Shown: positions 28,109-38,124, numbered from the stretch's first letter. The stretch is 64,000 bases of DNA from Azoarcus sp. (GCA_020725025.1 DYFV01000017.1:10417-74416); one strand, 5' to 3'. The notes: generated from the letters alone by a model not told the origin. Numbers and translations are program-made.

Positions 28109-29571
28109 GCACAATCGAACTTCACGGCAGGAGCCCCGCGATGAAACCACCCACCCGCATCCTGTACGTCTTCCCCGGTCAGGGATCGCAATACGTCGGC
28201 ATGGGCAGCGACCTCTACGAAACCTTCGGCTGCGTGCGCGCTATCTACGAGTGCGCCAGCGACTGCCTGGGCTTCGACGTCGCCCGGCTCTCCTTTCATG
28301 GGCCCGAGGAGCGGCTCAACCGCACCGAGTTCACCCAGATCGCTCTCCTCACCCACGCCGTCGCCTGCCTGGAGGCCTTCTCCGAGCTCACCGGCGGCCG
28401 TTGGGCACCCGACGTGGCGGCCGGACACAGCCTGGGCGAGTATGCCGCCCTGGTCGCCGCCGGAGCGCTCGAGTTCGAGGACGCCCTGCAGCTCGTGCGC
28501 TGGCGCGGGCGGCTCATGTCCGTGTACGGACGCGGCCGCATGGCAGCCTTCCGCCTCGACCTCGAATCGATCAAGCCGCTCGCCGATGCCCGCTACTGCG
28601 GCATCGGAGGCTGCAACCTGCCCGACCAGACCGTGGTGTGCGGCTTCGAGAGCGATCTGGACGCGCTCATGGACGACGTGGCGGACAAGTTCGGCCGCTC
28701 CAAGGCGGGCCGCTTCCTCAAGACCGAGGGTGCCTTCCACACCTACCTCATGATCGGCGCAGCCGAGCGGTTCCGCCCCCACCTCGACACGGTCCGCGTG
28801 CGTCCGCCGCGGCTGAGAGTGCTGTCGAACTACACCGGCGAGTACCACTCCGGCGACCCCGAGCGCATCCGCGCCGCACTCTTCTTCCAGATGTTCCACC
28901 CCGTGAAGTGGATCGCCGGCCTGCAGCGGGGGTTCGCCGACGGTGCCCGCATCGTCGTCGAGCTGGGCGGCGGGATCGGTGCGGAGCGGCCGGGCGTGCC
29001 GCCTTCCCCTGCCACGCGCAGGCCCAACCTGGAGGGCATCACCCGCGCCGCCCTGGCTTCCGCGTGCGTCGAAGGGATCTATCTGCCGGCGATCAACCTC
29101 GGCACCCTGCAGCGCACGGCCGAAATGCTGGCGGTCCTGGACAGCGCCACGAGCACCTCGCAGGCGGGGGCGGACGACGGCGGCACGTGGGTCGACCAGC
29201 GCCTGCACACCTTGCGCCTGCCGCTCCATCACGGCCTGCCCGGCGAGCGGGCGCTGAGCCTCGGGCTGCTGGTGCGCGAGCTCGGCCTCGCCCGCGTAGT
29301 GCGCACCACCACCGAGCCCGAGCGCGAATGCCTCGAGACGCTGCGCGCGGGCGACCCCGCGGTCGGGGCGCCCGAGCCCTACCTGGAGGTCCTGGTCGAC
29401 GGCGGGACCGGCGCGTTCCTGCACTACCGCGGCGACGACATCCGGTGCGAGCTCGTCGCGCTGCGCGAACGCCTCGCCCACCCCGGCTACCACCCTGCCG
29501 CTCCCCAAGGAGAGTCCGACCATGTCACGCCGACGCGCACCGACACCGAAGACGCCGCCGTCCGCGCCTGA
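28105..29571 (+). CDS. Stand-alone ACP S-malonyltransferase (FabD-like) with C-terminal extension
   Basis: FPGQGSQ, GHSLGEY, GAFHT; ~140 extra C-terminal residues; ATGA overlap. Confidence 0.85.
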   Translation: MSTIELHGRSPAMKPPTRILYVFPGQGSQYVGMGSDLYETFGCVRAIYECASDCLGFDVARLSFHGPEERLNRTEFTQIALLTHAVACLEAFSELTGGRWAPDVAAGHSLGEYAALVAAGALEFEDALQLVRWRGRLMSVYGRGRMAAFRLDLESIKPLADARYCGIGGCNLPDQTVVCGFESDLDALMDDVADKFGRSKAGRFLKTEGAFHTYLMIGAAERFRPHLDTVRVRPPRLRVLSNYTGEYHSGDPERIRAALFFQMFHPVKWIAGLQRGFADGARIVVELGGGIGAERPGVPPSPATRRPNLEGITRAALASACVEGIYLPAINLGTLQRTAEMLAVLDSATSTSQAGADDGGTWVDQRLHTLRLPLHHGLPGERALSLGLLVRELGLARVVRTTTEPERECLETLRAGDPAVGAPEPYLEVLVDGGTGAFLHYRGDDIRCELVALRERLAHPGYHPAAPQGESDHVTPTRTDTEDAAVRA

Positions 29572-30031
29572 ACCGGGACGCCACTGCCCGGCCCGGCATG
29601 CCCTGCCCGCCCTGCTCGCCGCCTGCGTCGGCGGCGGCGCCGCGGCCGCCGATCCGCTGGTCGGGCTGTGGACCGTCATCGACGACCGCGACCACATGCC
29701 CCGCGCCCTGCTGCGCATCACCGAGCACGACGGGGAGTTCCGGGCCCGCGTCGAGCGCGGCTTGCGCCCGATCGAGCAGGAGCGCCCGGTGTGCGACAAC
29801 TGTCCCGACGAGCGCCGCGGCCAGCCGATGCTGGGCCTGACCATCGTCACCGGTCTGAAGCGGGACGGCGAGGTCTATCGCGGCGGCGAAATCCTCGACC
29901 CGGACAACGGCCGCATCTACAGCTGCCAGATGGTGCTGCGCGACGAGGGCCAGCGGCTCGAGGTGCGCGGCTACCTCGGCACGCCGATGCTCGGTCGCAC
30001 CCAGGTGTGGCTGCGCGCGCCCGAGGGCTGA
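29522..30031 (+). CDS. DUF2147 family exported protein
   Basis: GLWTVIDD, CDNC, GGEILDPDNGRIY, LEVRGYLG...GRTQVWLR. Confidence 0.85.
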   Translation: MSRRRAPTPKTPPSAPEPGRHCPARHALPALLAACVGGGAAAADPLVGLWTVIDDRDHMPRALLRITEHDGEFRARVERGLRPIEQERPVCDNCPDERRGQPMLGLTIVTGLKRDGEVYRGGEILDPDNGRIYSCQMVLRDEGQRLEVRGYLGTPMLGRTQVWLRAPEG

Positions 30032-30082
30032 GACGCACCGGCGACTCGGCGGCCCTCGCCGACCGCAAGTGGGCCTCGGCGC

Positions 30083-30985
30083 TCAGAACACCTTGAGCAG
30101 CCTCATGTTGAGCCGCCGGTCCTCCTCGAGTCCGCTCTCGACACCGACGTCCTTCCCCACACCGACGATGACCTGAACGGTCGGCGTGAAGAAGTGGCCC
30201 ATGCTGAGGGCGACCTTGCCCGTGGACAGGCGGTCGCCCTGCCCTACGCCATCGATCTCGGTCTCGCCGCCCCAGGTGTGGGAGTAATTGAAGCCCAGAT
30301 GGGTGGCGTCGCTCAGGTGGTAGCGCAAGTGCGTCTGGACCTGATAGGAGGCGTCCTGCTTCAGGGTGGCGCCGCCCGCCCCGAGGTCGTCGTTGTCGCC
30401 GTACCACGTGACGTCGCCGACGAGGTCGAGGGTGAGCCGCTTGGACAGCGGCGTGATGTAGCCTGCCTGAAGGGCGGCCTTCCATCGGTTCTCGCCCAGA
30501 TTCAGCGCGCTGTCGCTGTCGTAGCTGCCAGTCGGCAGCCACACGAAGGGCGTGATCCCGAAGTAGGTCTTGTTCGCGGGATCGTCGCGCAGCCAGACGG
30601 TGGCGGCAAGAATCAGATCGCCGATGCCGCTCTCGCTGCCCAGGGCACCGATCGCGCCCCCGGCGTCGAGTCGGCCGAATGGCAACAGGAACTGCGGATC
30701 GACGATGTACCCGCCGAGCTCCGTGAAATGTACGCCGCGCAGGATTCCGATGTCCGACCGCAGGCGCGCATCGCTCGAGGCCTTGTCGCCGTCACGATAG
30801 AGCGTGTCCCGCTCCGCATACTGGTAGTACACCAGCGCCAGATTTGTGCCCGCCGGCAAGGCCGTGTAGTCGCCCGCATCCACGTCCACCGCATGCGCCG
30901 GACGTCCCAGCGCGCACACGACCGCCGTCATGATGCCTGCCAGTCGCCGGCCGAGCTTGGTTCCGATCTGCCTGTTCTGTCTCAT
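30083..30985 (-). CDS. Outer-membrane channel, MetA-pathway-of-phenol-degradation/QbdB-like family
   Basis: Signal peptide; DAGDYTALPAGTN, PTGSYD...LNLGENRW, C-terminal RLLKVF. Confidence 0.8.
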   Translation of the reverse strand: MRQNRQIGTKLGRRLAGIMTAVVCALGRPAHAVDVDAGDYTALPAGTNLALVYYQYAERDTLYRDGDKASSDARLRSDIGILRGVHFTELGGYIVDPQFLLPFGRLDAGGAIGALGSESGIGDLILAATVWLRDDPANKTYFGITPFVWLPTGSYDSDSALNLGENRWKAALQAGYITPLSKRLTLDLVGDVTWYGDNDDLGAGGATLKQDASYQVQTHLRYHLSDATHLGFNYSHTWGGETEIDGVGQGDRLSTGKVALSMGHFFTPTVQVIVGVGKDVGVESGLEEDRRLNMRLLKVF

Positions 30986-31065
30986 CCGTATCCTCTTCTT
31001 GTCTTGGAGTCCGGGGGAAACGTGCGGGCGCCACGATCGGCACCAGCCCCCCGACCCATCTCCGG

Positions 31066-31080
31066 GCAACCGGCATGCCA
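31066..31080 (-). promoter_or_regulatory. Sigma54 (-24/-12) promoter
   Basis: TGGCATGCCGGTTGC on the minus strand ~80 bp upstream of the channel gene. Confidence 0.75.
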
Positions 31081-31135
31081 ATTAGGAAACAGAGCCGAAC
31101 ACCAGACACCGCGCGCTTTTCCGCCGGGGCCCGAC

Positions 31136-31172
31136 TGTCCGGCGAACAAGACAGGTGTAGCGATCCGCTACA
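31136..31172. promoter_or_regulatory. Tandem TGT-N11/12-ACA enhancer-like sites
   Basis: TGTCCGGCGAACAAGACA (31136-31153) and palindrome TGTAGCG-ATC-CGCTACA (31156-31172). Confidence 0.6.
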
Positions 31173-31349
31173 AGCCGGATTTCGGCCCGCTGCGCGAGAC
31201 GGACCGAGGGCAGCTGCGCCGCGTTGACGAGGCCGGGTACGCTGTTACAATTCGGCCGCACCGAACCCGTCCACGGCATACCGGTATGCCGTCGGCAAGG
31301 CGAAAGACAGCGCGACGCTGCGATGACGGAGCAAACCAGGAGGAGACGC

Positions 31350-33287
31350 ATGGCCGCATACAGGAGCACCGGTCCGGACAGCTGGGCGCGCGCGAGGCGG
31401 GCCTTCTACGACACCGGCGACGTCCCCCCTCAGTTGCTCGCCGAGCCCCTGCGCAAGTCGTGGATGCGCTCCGCCCGCATGGGCATCGATTCCCGCCGCG
31501 GCGTGGAATTCGACCCCGTGCCGCGGGGGCGTGTCGACGAGCTGCGCGACCGCAACCAGCGCCTGCTCGACGCGAGCCGTGCCACGATCGGCAGCCTGCT
31601 CCGAACCGTCGCGAATGCCCCTTGGCTGATCCTGGTCGTCGACCCCGAGGGCATGGTGGTGGAAGGGTTCAACGACTCGTCGAAGCTCGGACGCGAGCTG
31701 CGCCTGATCGCGCGCACCGGCGTCGACCTCTCGGAGCCGCGCATCGGCACCAACGGCCCCGGCACGGCCCTGGCCGAAGAGGCGCCGGTGCTGGTCGAGG
31801 GGAACCAGCACTTCGTCGAGACCACCGGCGTCTATACCTGCGCGGCGGCGCCCATCCGCGACCCCTTCGGCAAGCTCGCGGGTTGCCTGGACCTCTCCAC
31901 CCTGTGGGCCGGCGAGGCGTGCCGCTTCGACCCGCTCCGCCTCGTCACCGCTTATGCCGGGCTGGTCGAGGACCGCCTGTTCTCGATGCTTCCGGCAGGC
32001 CATCTGGTGGTGCGCCTGGCCTGCGACGGCGGCCTGTTCGCGCCCGGCCGGCAGGCTGCGCTCGCGGTCGACACCGGCGGGCGCATCGTCGCTGCCAATC
32101 CCTGCGCCGCGGACCTGTTCGGCCTCTCCCCTGCCGAGCTGACGCAGCGCGAAGCCGGTGAACTGTTCGACCTGCCCGCGTGGGAGCATCTGTCCGCCCT
32201 TGCCGCGGACCCGAAGCAGCCCGCCCCCATCGGCCTGTGCAACGGCCTCACGGTACTCGCCCGGGTCGAGCGCACCGGGACGGAAGGCGGCGACGCGTGC
32301 GGTCCCGCTGCCCCCGACGTCCGCCGCAAGCTCGCGCCCTCGGCCCGGGCGACCGACCGCCACGACCCGCTCCGCCGGCTGGCCGAGGACACGCCGGCTC
32401 TCACTCCCGCCCTCGACCGTGCCCGAGCCGCTTACCGGCACGGCATTCCGGTGCTGCTGCAGGGCGAAACGGGCACCGGCAAGGAGGTCGTCGCGCGGGC
32501 CCTGCACGACAGCGGCCCGAGGCACAACGGTCCCTGGGTGGCGATCAATTGCGCGGCGATCCCGGAAACGCTGATCGAAAGCGAGCTCTTCGGCTACATG
32601 GACGGTGCATTCACCGGCGCGCGCAAAGGCGGCGCGGCCGGCAAGATCGAGCTGGCGCACCGGGGCACCCTCTTCCTCGACGAGATCGGCGACATGCCCC
32701 TCGCTCTGCAATCGCGCCTGCTGCGCGTGCTGGAGGAAAGGGAGGTCACCCGTGTGGGCGGCCTTCAGGCGATGGCGGTGGACATCGCCCTGATCGCCGC
32801 CACGCACCAGAACCTCCCCCGTCTGATTCGCGAAGGCCGGTTCCGGCTCGATCTCTACTACCGCATCAACGGCCTCGCGTGCACGCTTCCGCCCCTGCGC
32901 GATCGACCCGGGTTTGCGGCCACCGTGCGACGCCTGCTCGCCCAGAACGCCCCGAATCGGCCCCTGCCGCGCATCAGCGCCGCCGCCATGGAACTGCTGG
33001 CCCACCACTCGTGGCCGGGCAATCTGCGCGAGTTGGTGTCCGTCCTGCGCACCGCGCAGGTGCTCGCGGGCGAAGACGAGATCGGACCGGAGCATCTGCC
33101 GCCGGAACTCGCCCCCGCCGGCGGCGCGGCCGGCAGATGCGCCGCCGGATCGATGGAAGCGCTCGAGCTTGCCGCCGTCCGGCACGCGATCGAGGCCCAC
33201 GGCGGCAACATCTCGGCGGCCGCACGCAGCCTGCGGGTTTCGCGCACCCGCCTCTACCGGATGCTCAGGAGCCACGAGGACGCCTGA
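31350..33287 (+). CDS. Sigma54-dependent activator, AcoR-like (GAF-PAS-AAA-Fis HTH)
   Basis: IGTNGPGTAL, GETGTGKE, GAFTGA, LFLDEIGD, WPGNLREL, C-terminal HTH; RBS AGGAG before ATG 31350. Confidence 0.92.
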   Translation: MAAYRSTGPDSWARARRAFYDTGDVPPQLLAEPLRKSWMRSARMGIDSRRGVEFDPVPRGRVDELRDRNQRLLDASRATIGSLLRTVANAPWLILVVDPEGMVVEGFNDSSKLGRELRLIARTGVDLSEPRIGTNGPGTALAEEAPVLVEGNQHFVETTGVYTCAAAPIRDPFGKLAGCLDLSTLWAGEACRFDPLRLVTAYAGLVEDRLFSMLPAGHLVVRLACDGGLFAPGRQAALAVDTGGRIVAANPCAADLFGLSPAELTQREAGELFDLPAWEHLSALAADPKQPAPIGLCNGLTVLARVERTGTEGGDACGPAAPDVRRKLAPSARATDRHDPLRRLAEDTPALTPALDRARAAYRHGIPVLLQGETGTGKEVVARALHDSGPRHNGPWVAINCAAIPETLIESELFGYMDGAFTGARKGGAAGKIELAHRGTLFLDEIGDMPLALQSRLLRVLEEREVTRVGGLQAMAVDIALIAATHQNLPRLIREGRFRLDLYYRINGLACTLPPLRDRPGFAATVRRLLAQNAPNRPLPRISAAAMELLAHHSWPGNLRELVSVLRTAQVLAGEDEIGPEHLPPELAPAGGAAGRCAAGSMEALELAAVRHAIEAHGGNISAAARSLRVSRTRLYRMLRSHEDA

Positions 33288-33437
33288 CGCCGCTCCCGTC
33301 TCCGGTCGGCGAAAACCGACGGGCGGGCCGGCCGGGGAAGCGGGGATCTTCTCGTCGCGGCGAGTCGGGGAGAAAGGACTGGCATTCGGGGGCACGACGA
33401 TTACCCTTGATGTAGCAACCAATCTCGGGAGCGCCCC

Positions 33438-34211
33438 ATGCAGCAGCTCACCCCCGAAGGCCGGCGCGTCGTCGGCGATCTGGCGCAGCGCCACGGCTTC
33501 GGCGCCGACGCGGTCACCCACATGCTGTTCGCGGTGCGCGACGGCAACGGCACCATGGCGCAGTTCGATCACCCCGAGTTCGCCGGCTCCGGGCAGTGGA
33601 TGCGCGGCGGCATGATCATGACCGGCGACATGTTCAACCACGCGCTGAAGGGCCGCATCGATGCCCTGTGCAGCGAGATCTCGGCGCTCCTCGCCGCACA
33701 GCCGGGCCTGCTGCACACCGGCAGCTCCCAGTCCCAGAGCCAGGGGGGCGGCAGCCGGCAGCAGCAGTCGGGCGGGGCGACGGGCGGCGCGGCCAGCCTC
33801 TTCGCCCCCGACCCGGACGCCCAATGGTGGCCCGCCGAGCTCGGCTCGCCCGGCGCCGTCGGGGCGCAGAACGACGTGCGCTACGCTTACTTTCCGGACC
33901 GCCGACGCCTCGCCGTCAAGCTGGGAGAGCGGATGACGGTGCACGACACGCTCGACCACCGCATCGGCGGCTTCTCGCAGCAGCAGGGGCGGGGCGCCTC
34001 GGTCACCTTCACCAGCCAGCACGGCACGGTGGACCTCGCCGCCCTGCCGCCGGTCGGGGAACGTCCGGCGCCCGCCGCCGGGCCGGCAGCCCCCGCCCGT
34101 GGTGAGGACATCCTCGCCCAGATCGAGCGCCTCGGCGACCTGAAGGCCAAGGGCTACCTCACGGACGAGGAGTTCGCCCGCAAGAAAGCGGAACTACTCG
34201 CGCGACTGTAG
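33438..34211 (+). CDS. SHOCT domain-containing protein
   Basis: MAQFDHPEFAGSGQW, WWPAELG, C-terminal IERLGDLKAKGYLTDEEFARKKAELL. Confidence 0.85.
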   Translation: MQQLTPEGRRVVGDLAQRHGFGADAVTHMLFAVRDGNGTMAQFDHPEFAGSGQWMRGGMIMTGDMFNHALKGRIDALCSEISALLAAQPGLLHTGSSQSQSQGGGSRQQQSGGATGGAASLFAPDPDAQWWPAELGSPGAVGAQNDVRYAYFPDRRRLAVKLGERMTVHDTLDHRIGGFSQQQGRGASVTFTSQHGTVDLAALPPVGERPAPAAGPAAPARGEDILAQIERLGDLKAKGYLTDEEFARKKAELLARL

Positions 34212-34341
34212 GCGCGGCGGAAGCCGCGAACGACGGCGAGTCCGTTCATACGCGGATTCGCGGCTTGCGTCGCTCCTGCATGGGATCGGGAACGTGCATT
34301 GCTCGCCACCCGGGTTTACGTGACTGCCCATCCCCCTTCCC

Positions 34342-35967
34342 ATGGCCGAGCACTGGTACCGCAACGCGATCATCTACTGCCTCGACGTACGCACCTTCGC
34401 CGACGGAAACGGCGACGGCATCGGCGACTTCGCCGGCCTGGGCGAACGCCTCGACTACCTCAAGGGCCTGAACGTCGACTGCATCTGGCTGCAGCCCTTC
34501 TTCCCTTCGCCGATGCGCGACAACGGCTACGACATCGTCGACTACTACAGCGTGGACCGCCGGACCGGCACGCTCGGCGATTTCGTGCACTTCTCGCGTC
34601 GTGCACGCGACAAGGGCATCCGCATCATGATCGACCTGGTGGTGAACCACACTTCGGTGGACCATCCCTGGTTCCAGTCCGCCCGCAGCGACCCGCGCTC
34701 GCCCTACCGCGACTGGTACGTGTGGAAGTCGGAGAAGCCCGACGACGCCGACCATGGCATGGTCTTCCCGGGCGAGCAGGAGACCACCTGGACCTGGGAC
34801 CGGGAGGCCAAGGCCTACTACTTCCACCGCTTCTACGGCCACCAGGCCGAGCTCAACATCGCCAATCCGGAGGTGGTCCGCGAGATCGAGCGCATCACCG
34901 GCTTCTGGCTTCAGCTGGGCGTGACCGGTTTCCGCGTCGACGCGCTGCCCTTCCTCATCGAGCTCGAGGGCACGCCTTGCGAGGGGGAGCGCGACCCGCA
35001 CGCCTACCTGCGCGAGCTGCGCCACCACGTACAGACGCTTTGCGGCGACGTGTGCCTGATGGCCGAGGCCAACATCACGCCGGAGGAGGTGCCCAAGTAC
35101 TTCGCCGACGGCGACATGATCCACATGTGCTTCAATTTCTGGGCGAACCAGCACCTTTTCCTCGCGCTCGCGCGCAAGGACGCGACGCCCCTGCGCCAGG
35201 CCTACGCCGAGCTGCCGGTCATCCCCCAGTGGTGCCAGTGGGCCAACTTCCTGCGCAGCCACGACGAGCTCGATCTGGACCGCCTTGCCGAATCCGAGCG
35301 CAAGGAGATCTTCCGCACCTTCGGGCCCGAGCCGAACATGCAGCTCTACGGCCGCGGCATCCGGCGCCGTCTCGCGCCCATGCTCGGCAACGACCGGCGC
35401 CGGCTCGAGCTCGCCCACAGCCTGATGCTCACCCTGCCCGGCACCCCGGTACTGCGCTACGGCGACGAGATCGGCATGGGCGACGACCTCTCGCTGCCCG
35501 CGCGCGAGAGCGTGCGCACCCCGATGCAGTGGAACGACGACCACAACGGCGGCTTCTCGTCGGCCCCGCCCGACGATCTCGCCCTGCCGCCCATCGCGTC
35601 CGGCGAATTCGGCTACCGCAAGGTGAACGTCGAGGCCCAGCGGCGCGACCCCGACTCGCTGCTGAACTGGCTGGAACGGGCCACCCGCCGGCGCAAGGAG
35701 TGCCCCGAGTTCGCCCTGGGCCGGTGCATCTGGCTCGAGACCGGACGTGCCGACATCCTCGCCCACCGCTGCGACCACGAGGGGGCGACGGTCTTCGCGG
35801 TCCACAACTTCGGACCGCGGCGCGCGAAGTTCGCGCTGCCGGTCGAGGATGGAGCCGGGCCGCTGCACGACATACTTTCCTTCCACCGCCACGAGGCCGA
35901 GGACGACGGTCACTACCACATCGACCTGGAGCCCTACGGCTACCGCTGGCTGAGGCGCGCGCAATGA
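34342..35967 (+). CDS. GH13 alpha-amylase family enzyme, trehalose synthase (TreS)-like
   Basis: DGNGDGIGD, DLVVNHTS, FRVDA, AEAN, SHDE catalytic motifs, YGDEIGMGD. Confidence 0.88.
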   Translation: MAEHWYRNAIIYCLDVRTFADGNGDGIGDFAGLGERLDYLKGLNVDCIWLQPFFPSPMRDNGYDIVDYYSVDRRTGTLGDFVHFSRRARDKGIRIMIDLVVNHTSVDHPWFQSARSDPRSPYRDWYVWKSEKPDDADHGMVFPGEQETTWTWDREAKAYYFHRFYGHQAELNIANPEVVREIERITGFWLQLGVTGFRVDALPFLIELEGTPCEGERDPHAYLRELRHHVQTLCGDVCLMAEANITPEEVPKYFADGDMIHMCFNFWANQHLFLALARKDATPLRQAYAELPVIPQWCQWANFLRSHDELDLDRLAESERKEIFRTFGPEPNMQLYGRGIRRRLAPMLGNDRRRLELAHSLMLTLPGTPVLRYGDEIGMGDDLSLPARESVRTPMQWNDDHNGGFSSAPPDDLALPPIASGEFGYRKVNVEAQRRDPDSLLNWLERATRRRKECPEFALGRCIWLETGRADILAHRCDHEGATVFAVHNFGPRRAKFALPVEDGAGPLHDILSFHRHEAEDDGHYHIDLEPYGYRWLRRAQ

Positions 35968-37106
35968 ACCTCGTGCGCAGACTCGAGCGGATCGCCGCCC
36001 ACGCCGACAACCTCACCGACCGGGCCCGCCGCAAGCTACGCCGGCTGCGCCCCGCGCGGGGCCCCCTCGTCATCGTCCCCTACGCCGGCTACGGCAGCGC
36101 CGAGCGGCTCCTGGTGCACGGCCGGGTCCTGCGCGATCCGGGCGCCGGCGCGCAAGGCCCGACCGACTCCCGCTGGCGCAATCTCGTCGAGCTCTACAAG
36201 CGGATCGAGTCGGACGAAGTGCCGGGCGCCCGCGTGCGGATCCGTTTCGCCGGCCAGGAGGAAGTGATCGAGGCCGACCCGGAAGGATACTTCGGGCACC
36301 GGATGGCCCTGCCCCGGCCGCTCGACAGCAGCGGCTGGCACCAGGCGGCGGTCGAGCTCGTCGAACCGGCCCCGTCCGCCGGCACGCGCGTGCAGGCGAG
36401 CGCCCCGGTGCTGGTGCCCCCCACCGGCGCCCACTTCGGCGTGATCAGCGATATCGACGACACGATGCTGTGGTCGAACGTCACCAGCAGGCTGCGCATG
36501 CTCCGGCTCGTCGCCCGCTCCAACGCCCACACCCGGCGCCCGTTCAAGGGCGTGGCCGCGCTCTACCGGGCGCTGCACGACGGCGCCCGCGGGAACGAAG
36601 GCAACCCGATCTTCTACGTCTCGGGCAGTCCCTGGAACCTCTATCCGCCGCTGGTGGAGTTCCTGCGCGCCAACGGGCTGCCCGAGGGGCCGCTGCTCCT
36701 CAAGGACTTCGGCGAGCACACGCTGTTCTCCTCCGCCCAGGCGGTGCACAAGCTGCGCCACATCGAAGCCATCCTGCAGGCCTTCCCGGAGCTCCCCTTC
36801 GTGCTCATCGGCGACAGCGGCGAGAAGGATCCGGAGATCTACACGCAGGTGGTGCACGACCACCCGAATCGCATCCGCGCCATCTACATCCGCAGCATCG
36901 ACCCCGACCCGGCGCGAATCGAGGCGATCGACCGGCTGATCGGCGAGGTGCGCGCCTCGGGTGCCCAACTCGTGCTCGCACCCGACAGCGAATTCGCCGC
37001 CGCCCACGCCGCGGCCGAGGGGCTCATCTCCGCCCACGGGCTGGAGGCGGTACGCAGCGACAAGCAGGCGGCGGAGTCTCCCGGCGACAGCGCGCCGCCT
37101 CTCTGA
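35964..37106 (+). CDS. App1/DUF2183 family phosphatidate phosphatase-like protein
   Basis: ISDIDDT, YVSGSPWNLY, LIGDSGEKDPEIY; ATGA overlap. Confidence 0.85.
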   Translation: MNLVRRLERIAAHADNLTDRARRKLRRLRPARGPLVIVPYAGYGSAERLLVHGRVLRDPGAGAQGPTDSRWRNLVELYKRIESDEVPGARVRIRFAGQEEVIEADPEGYFGHRMALPRPLDSSGWHQAAVELVEPAPSAGTRVQASAPVLVPPTGAHFGVISDIDDTMLWSNVTSRLRMLRLVARSNAHTRRPFKGVAALYRALHDGARGNEGNPIFYVSGSPWNLYPPLVEFLRANGLPEGPLLLKDFGEHTLFSSAQAVHKLRHIEAILQAFPELPFVLIGDSGEKDPEIYTQVVHDHPNRIRAIYIRSIDPDPARIEAIDRLIGEVRASGAQLVLAPDSEFAAAHAAAEGLISAHGLEAVRSDKQAAESPGDSAPPL

Positions 37107-37212
37107 ACTGCCGAAAGCCTCGCGCGATCTGCGACTCGATCCGGGGGAAAGCCGTGCCGGTCTCGACGAGCCGGGGCGAAAGCCCCGGCCCCGGGCGCGG
37201 TGCCGAGCCCCG

Positions 37213-37599
37213 CTACCCGAGCTTCGCCCCCTTCTCCTCGAGCAGCGCCCGCAGCACCGAGCGGTGGCAGCGGGACTCGTCCTCGCAGTAGCAGCCGACG
37301 GAGAAATCCGTCCGGTGGGAGAGCGCGGCCAGCAGCTCGATCGCGTGAGCGCTCTCCGGCCGGGCCATCTCGGCGCGGTACTTCTTCCTGAAGGCCTCCC
37401 ACTCCGCCGGCGTCTTCGCCTGCTGGGCCTGCTTCATGGTCTCCAGGGTCGGTGCCAGGTTGGGAAACCACACGTCGTACCAGTTGCGCGCGGCGAACTC
37501 GCTCTTCGGCACCCCGCGCGGCGGTCGCCGCACGGTGCCGATGCGCAGCCCCTCGTCCGCCGCCCTGTCGGTCCCCAGCCGCACCACGCGAACGACCAT
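37213..37599 (-). CDS. DUF488 family protein
   Basis: RRPPRGVPK, LAPT, CYCEDESRCHRSVL. Confidence 0.85.
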   Translation of the reverse strand: MVVRVVRLGTDRAADEGLRIGTVRRPPRGVPKSEFAARNWYDVWFPNLAPTLETMKQAQQAKTPAEWEAFRKKYRAEMARPESAHAIELLAALSHRTDFSVGCYCEDESRCHRSVLRALLEEKGAKLG

Positions 37600-37602
37600 G
37601 AT

Positions 37603-38124
37603 TCACTCCTTCACGAGCGCGTACAGCATCTGGTCTATCAACTGGCCGTCCTTGAAGACGCTCTTGCGCAGCACGCCCTCGCGCACGAAGCCGGCCTTCT
37701 CCAGCACCCGCATGGAAGCGGGATTCCACGCGAACACCGGCGACTCGAGCCGTACAAGGTCGAACCGCGACAAGGCGTACCGGGAAGTCGCCTGCACTGC
37801 CGCCGTCATGATGCCGCGGCCCCAGTACGGCTCGCCGAGCCAGTAGCCGAAGTGCGCGCCCTTGGCGTGGATGCCCTCGCCGACGTCCAGTCCGATCCCG
37901 CCCACGGCGACCCCGTCCACCTCGATCGCCCAATGGGTCGGCTCGGACGTGGCGGCGAGCAGGGAGAACCAGTGCCGCGCCTCCGCCCCGGTGAAGGGAT
38001 GGGGAAACCGGTGATGAAGGTTGCGCCACACCTTCCGGTTGTTCGCCACGTCCACCAGCGCGCGCTCGTCGCTGCGCCTCCATTCCCGGACGGCACACAG
38101 TCCGCAATCGAGCCGCATGATCAT
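37603..38124 (-). CDS. GNAT acetyltransferase (RimJ/RimL-like)
   Basis: GYWLGEPYWGRGI, NPASMRVLEKAGF. Confidence 0.9.
   Translation of the reverse strand: MIMRLDCGLCAVREWRRSDERALVDVANNRKVWRNLHHRFPHPFTGAEARHWFSLLAATSEPTHWAIEVDGVAVGGIGLDVGEGIHAKGAHFGYWLGEPYWGRGIMTAAVQATSRYALSRFDLVRLESPVFAWNPASMRVLEKAGFVREGVLRKSVFKDGQLIDQMLYALVKE

Noticed and set aside
33390-33404. Sigma54 promoter for the SHOCT gene
   Set aside because: The -12 element reads TTAC rather than TTGC
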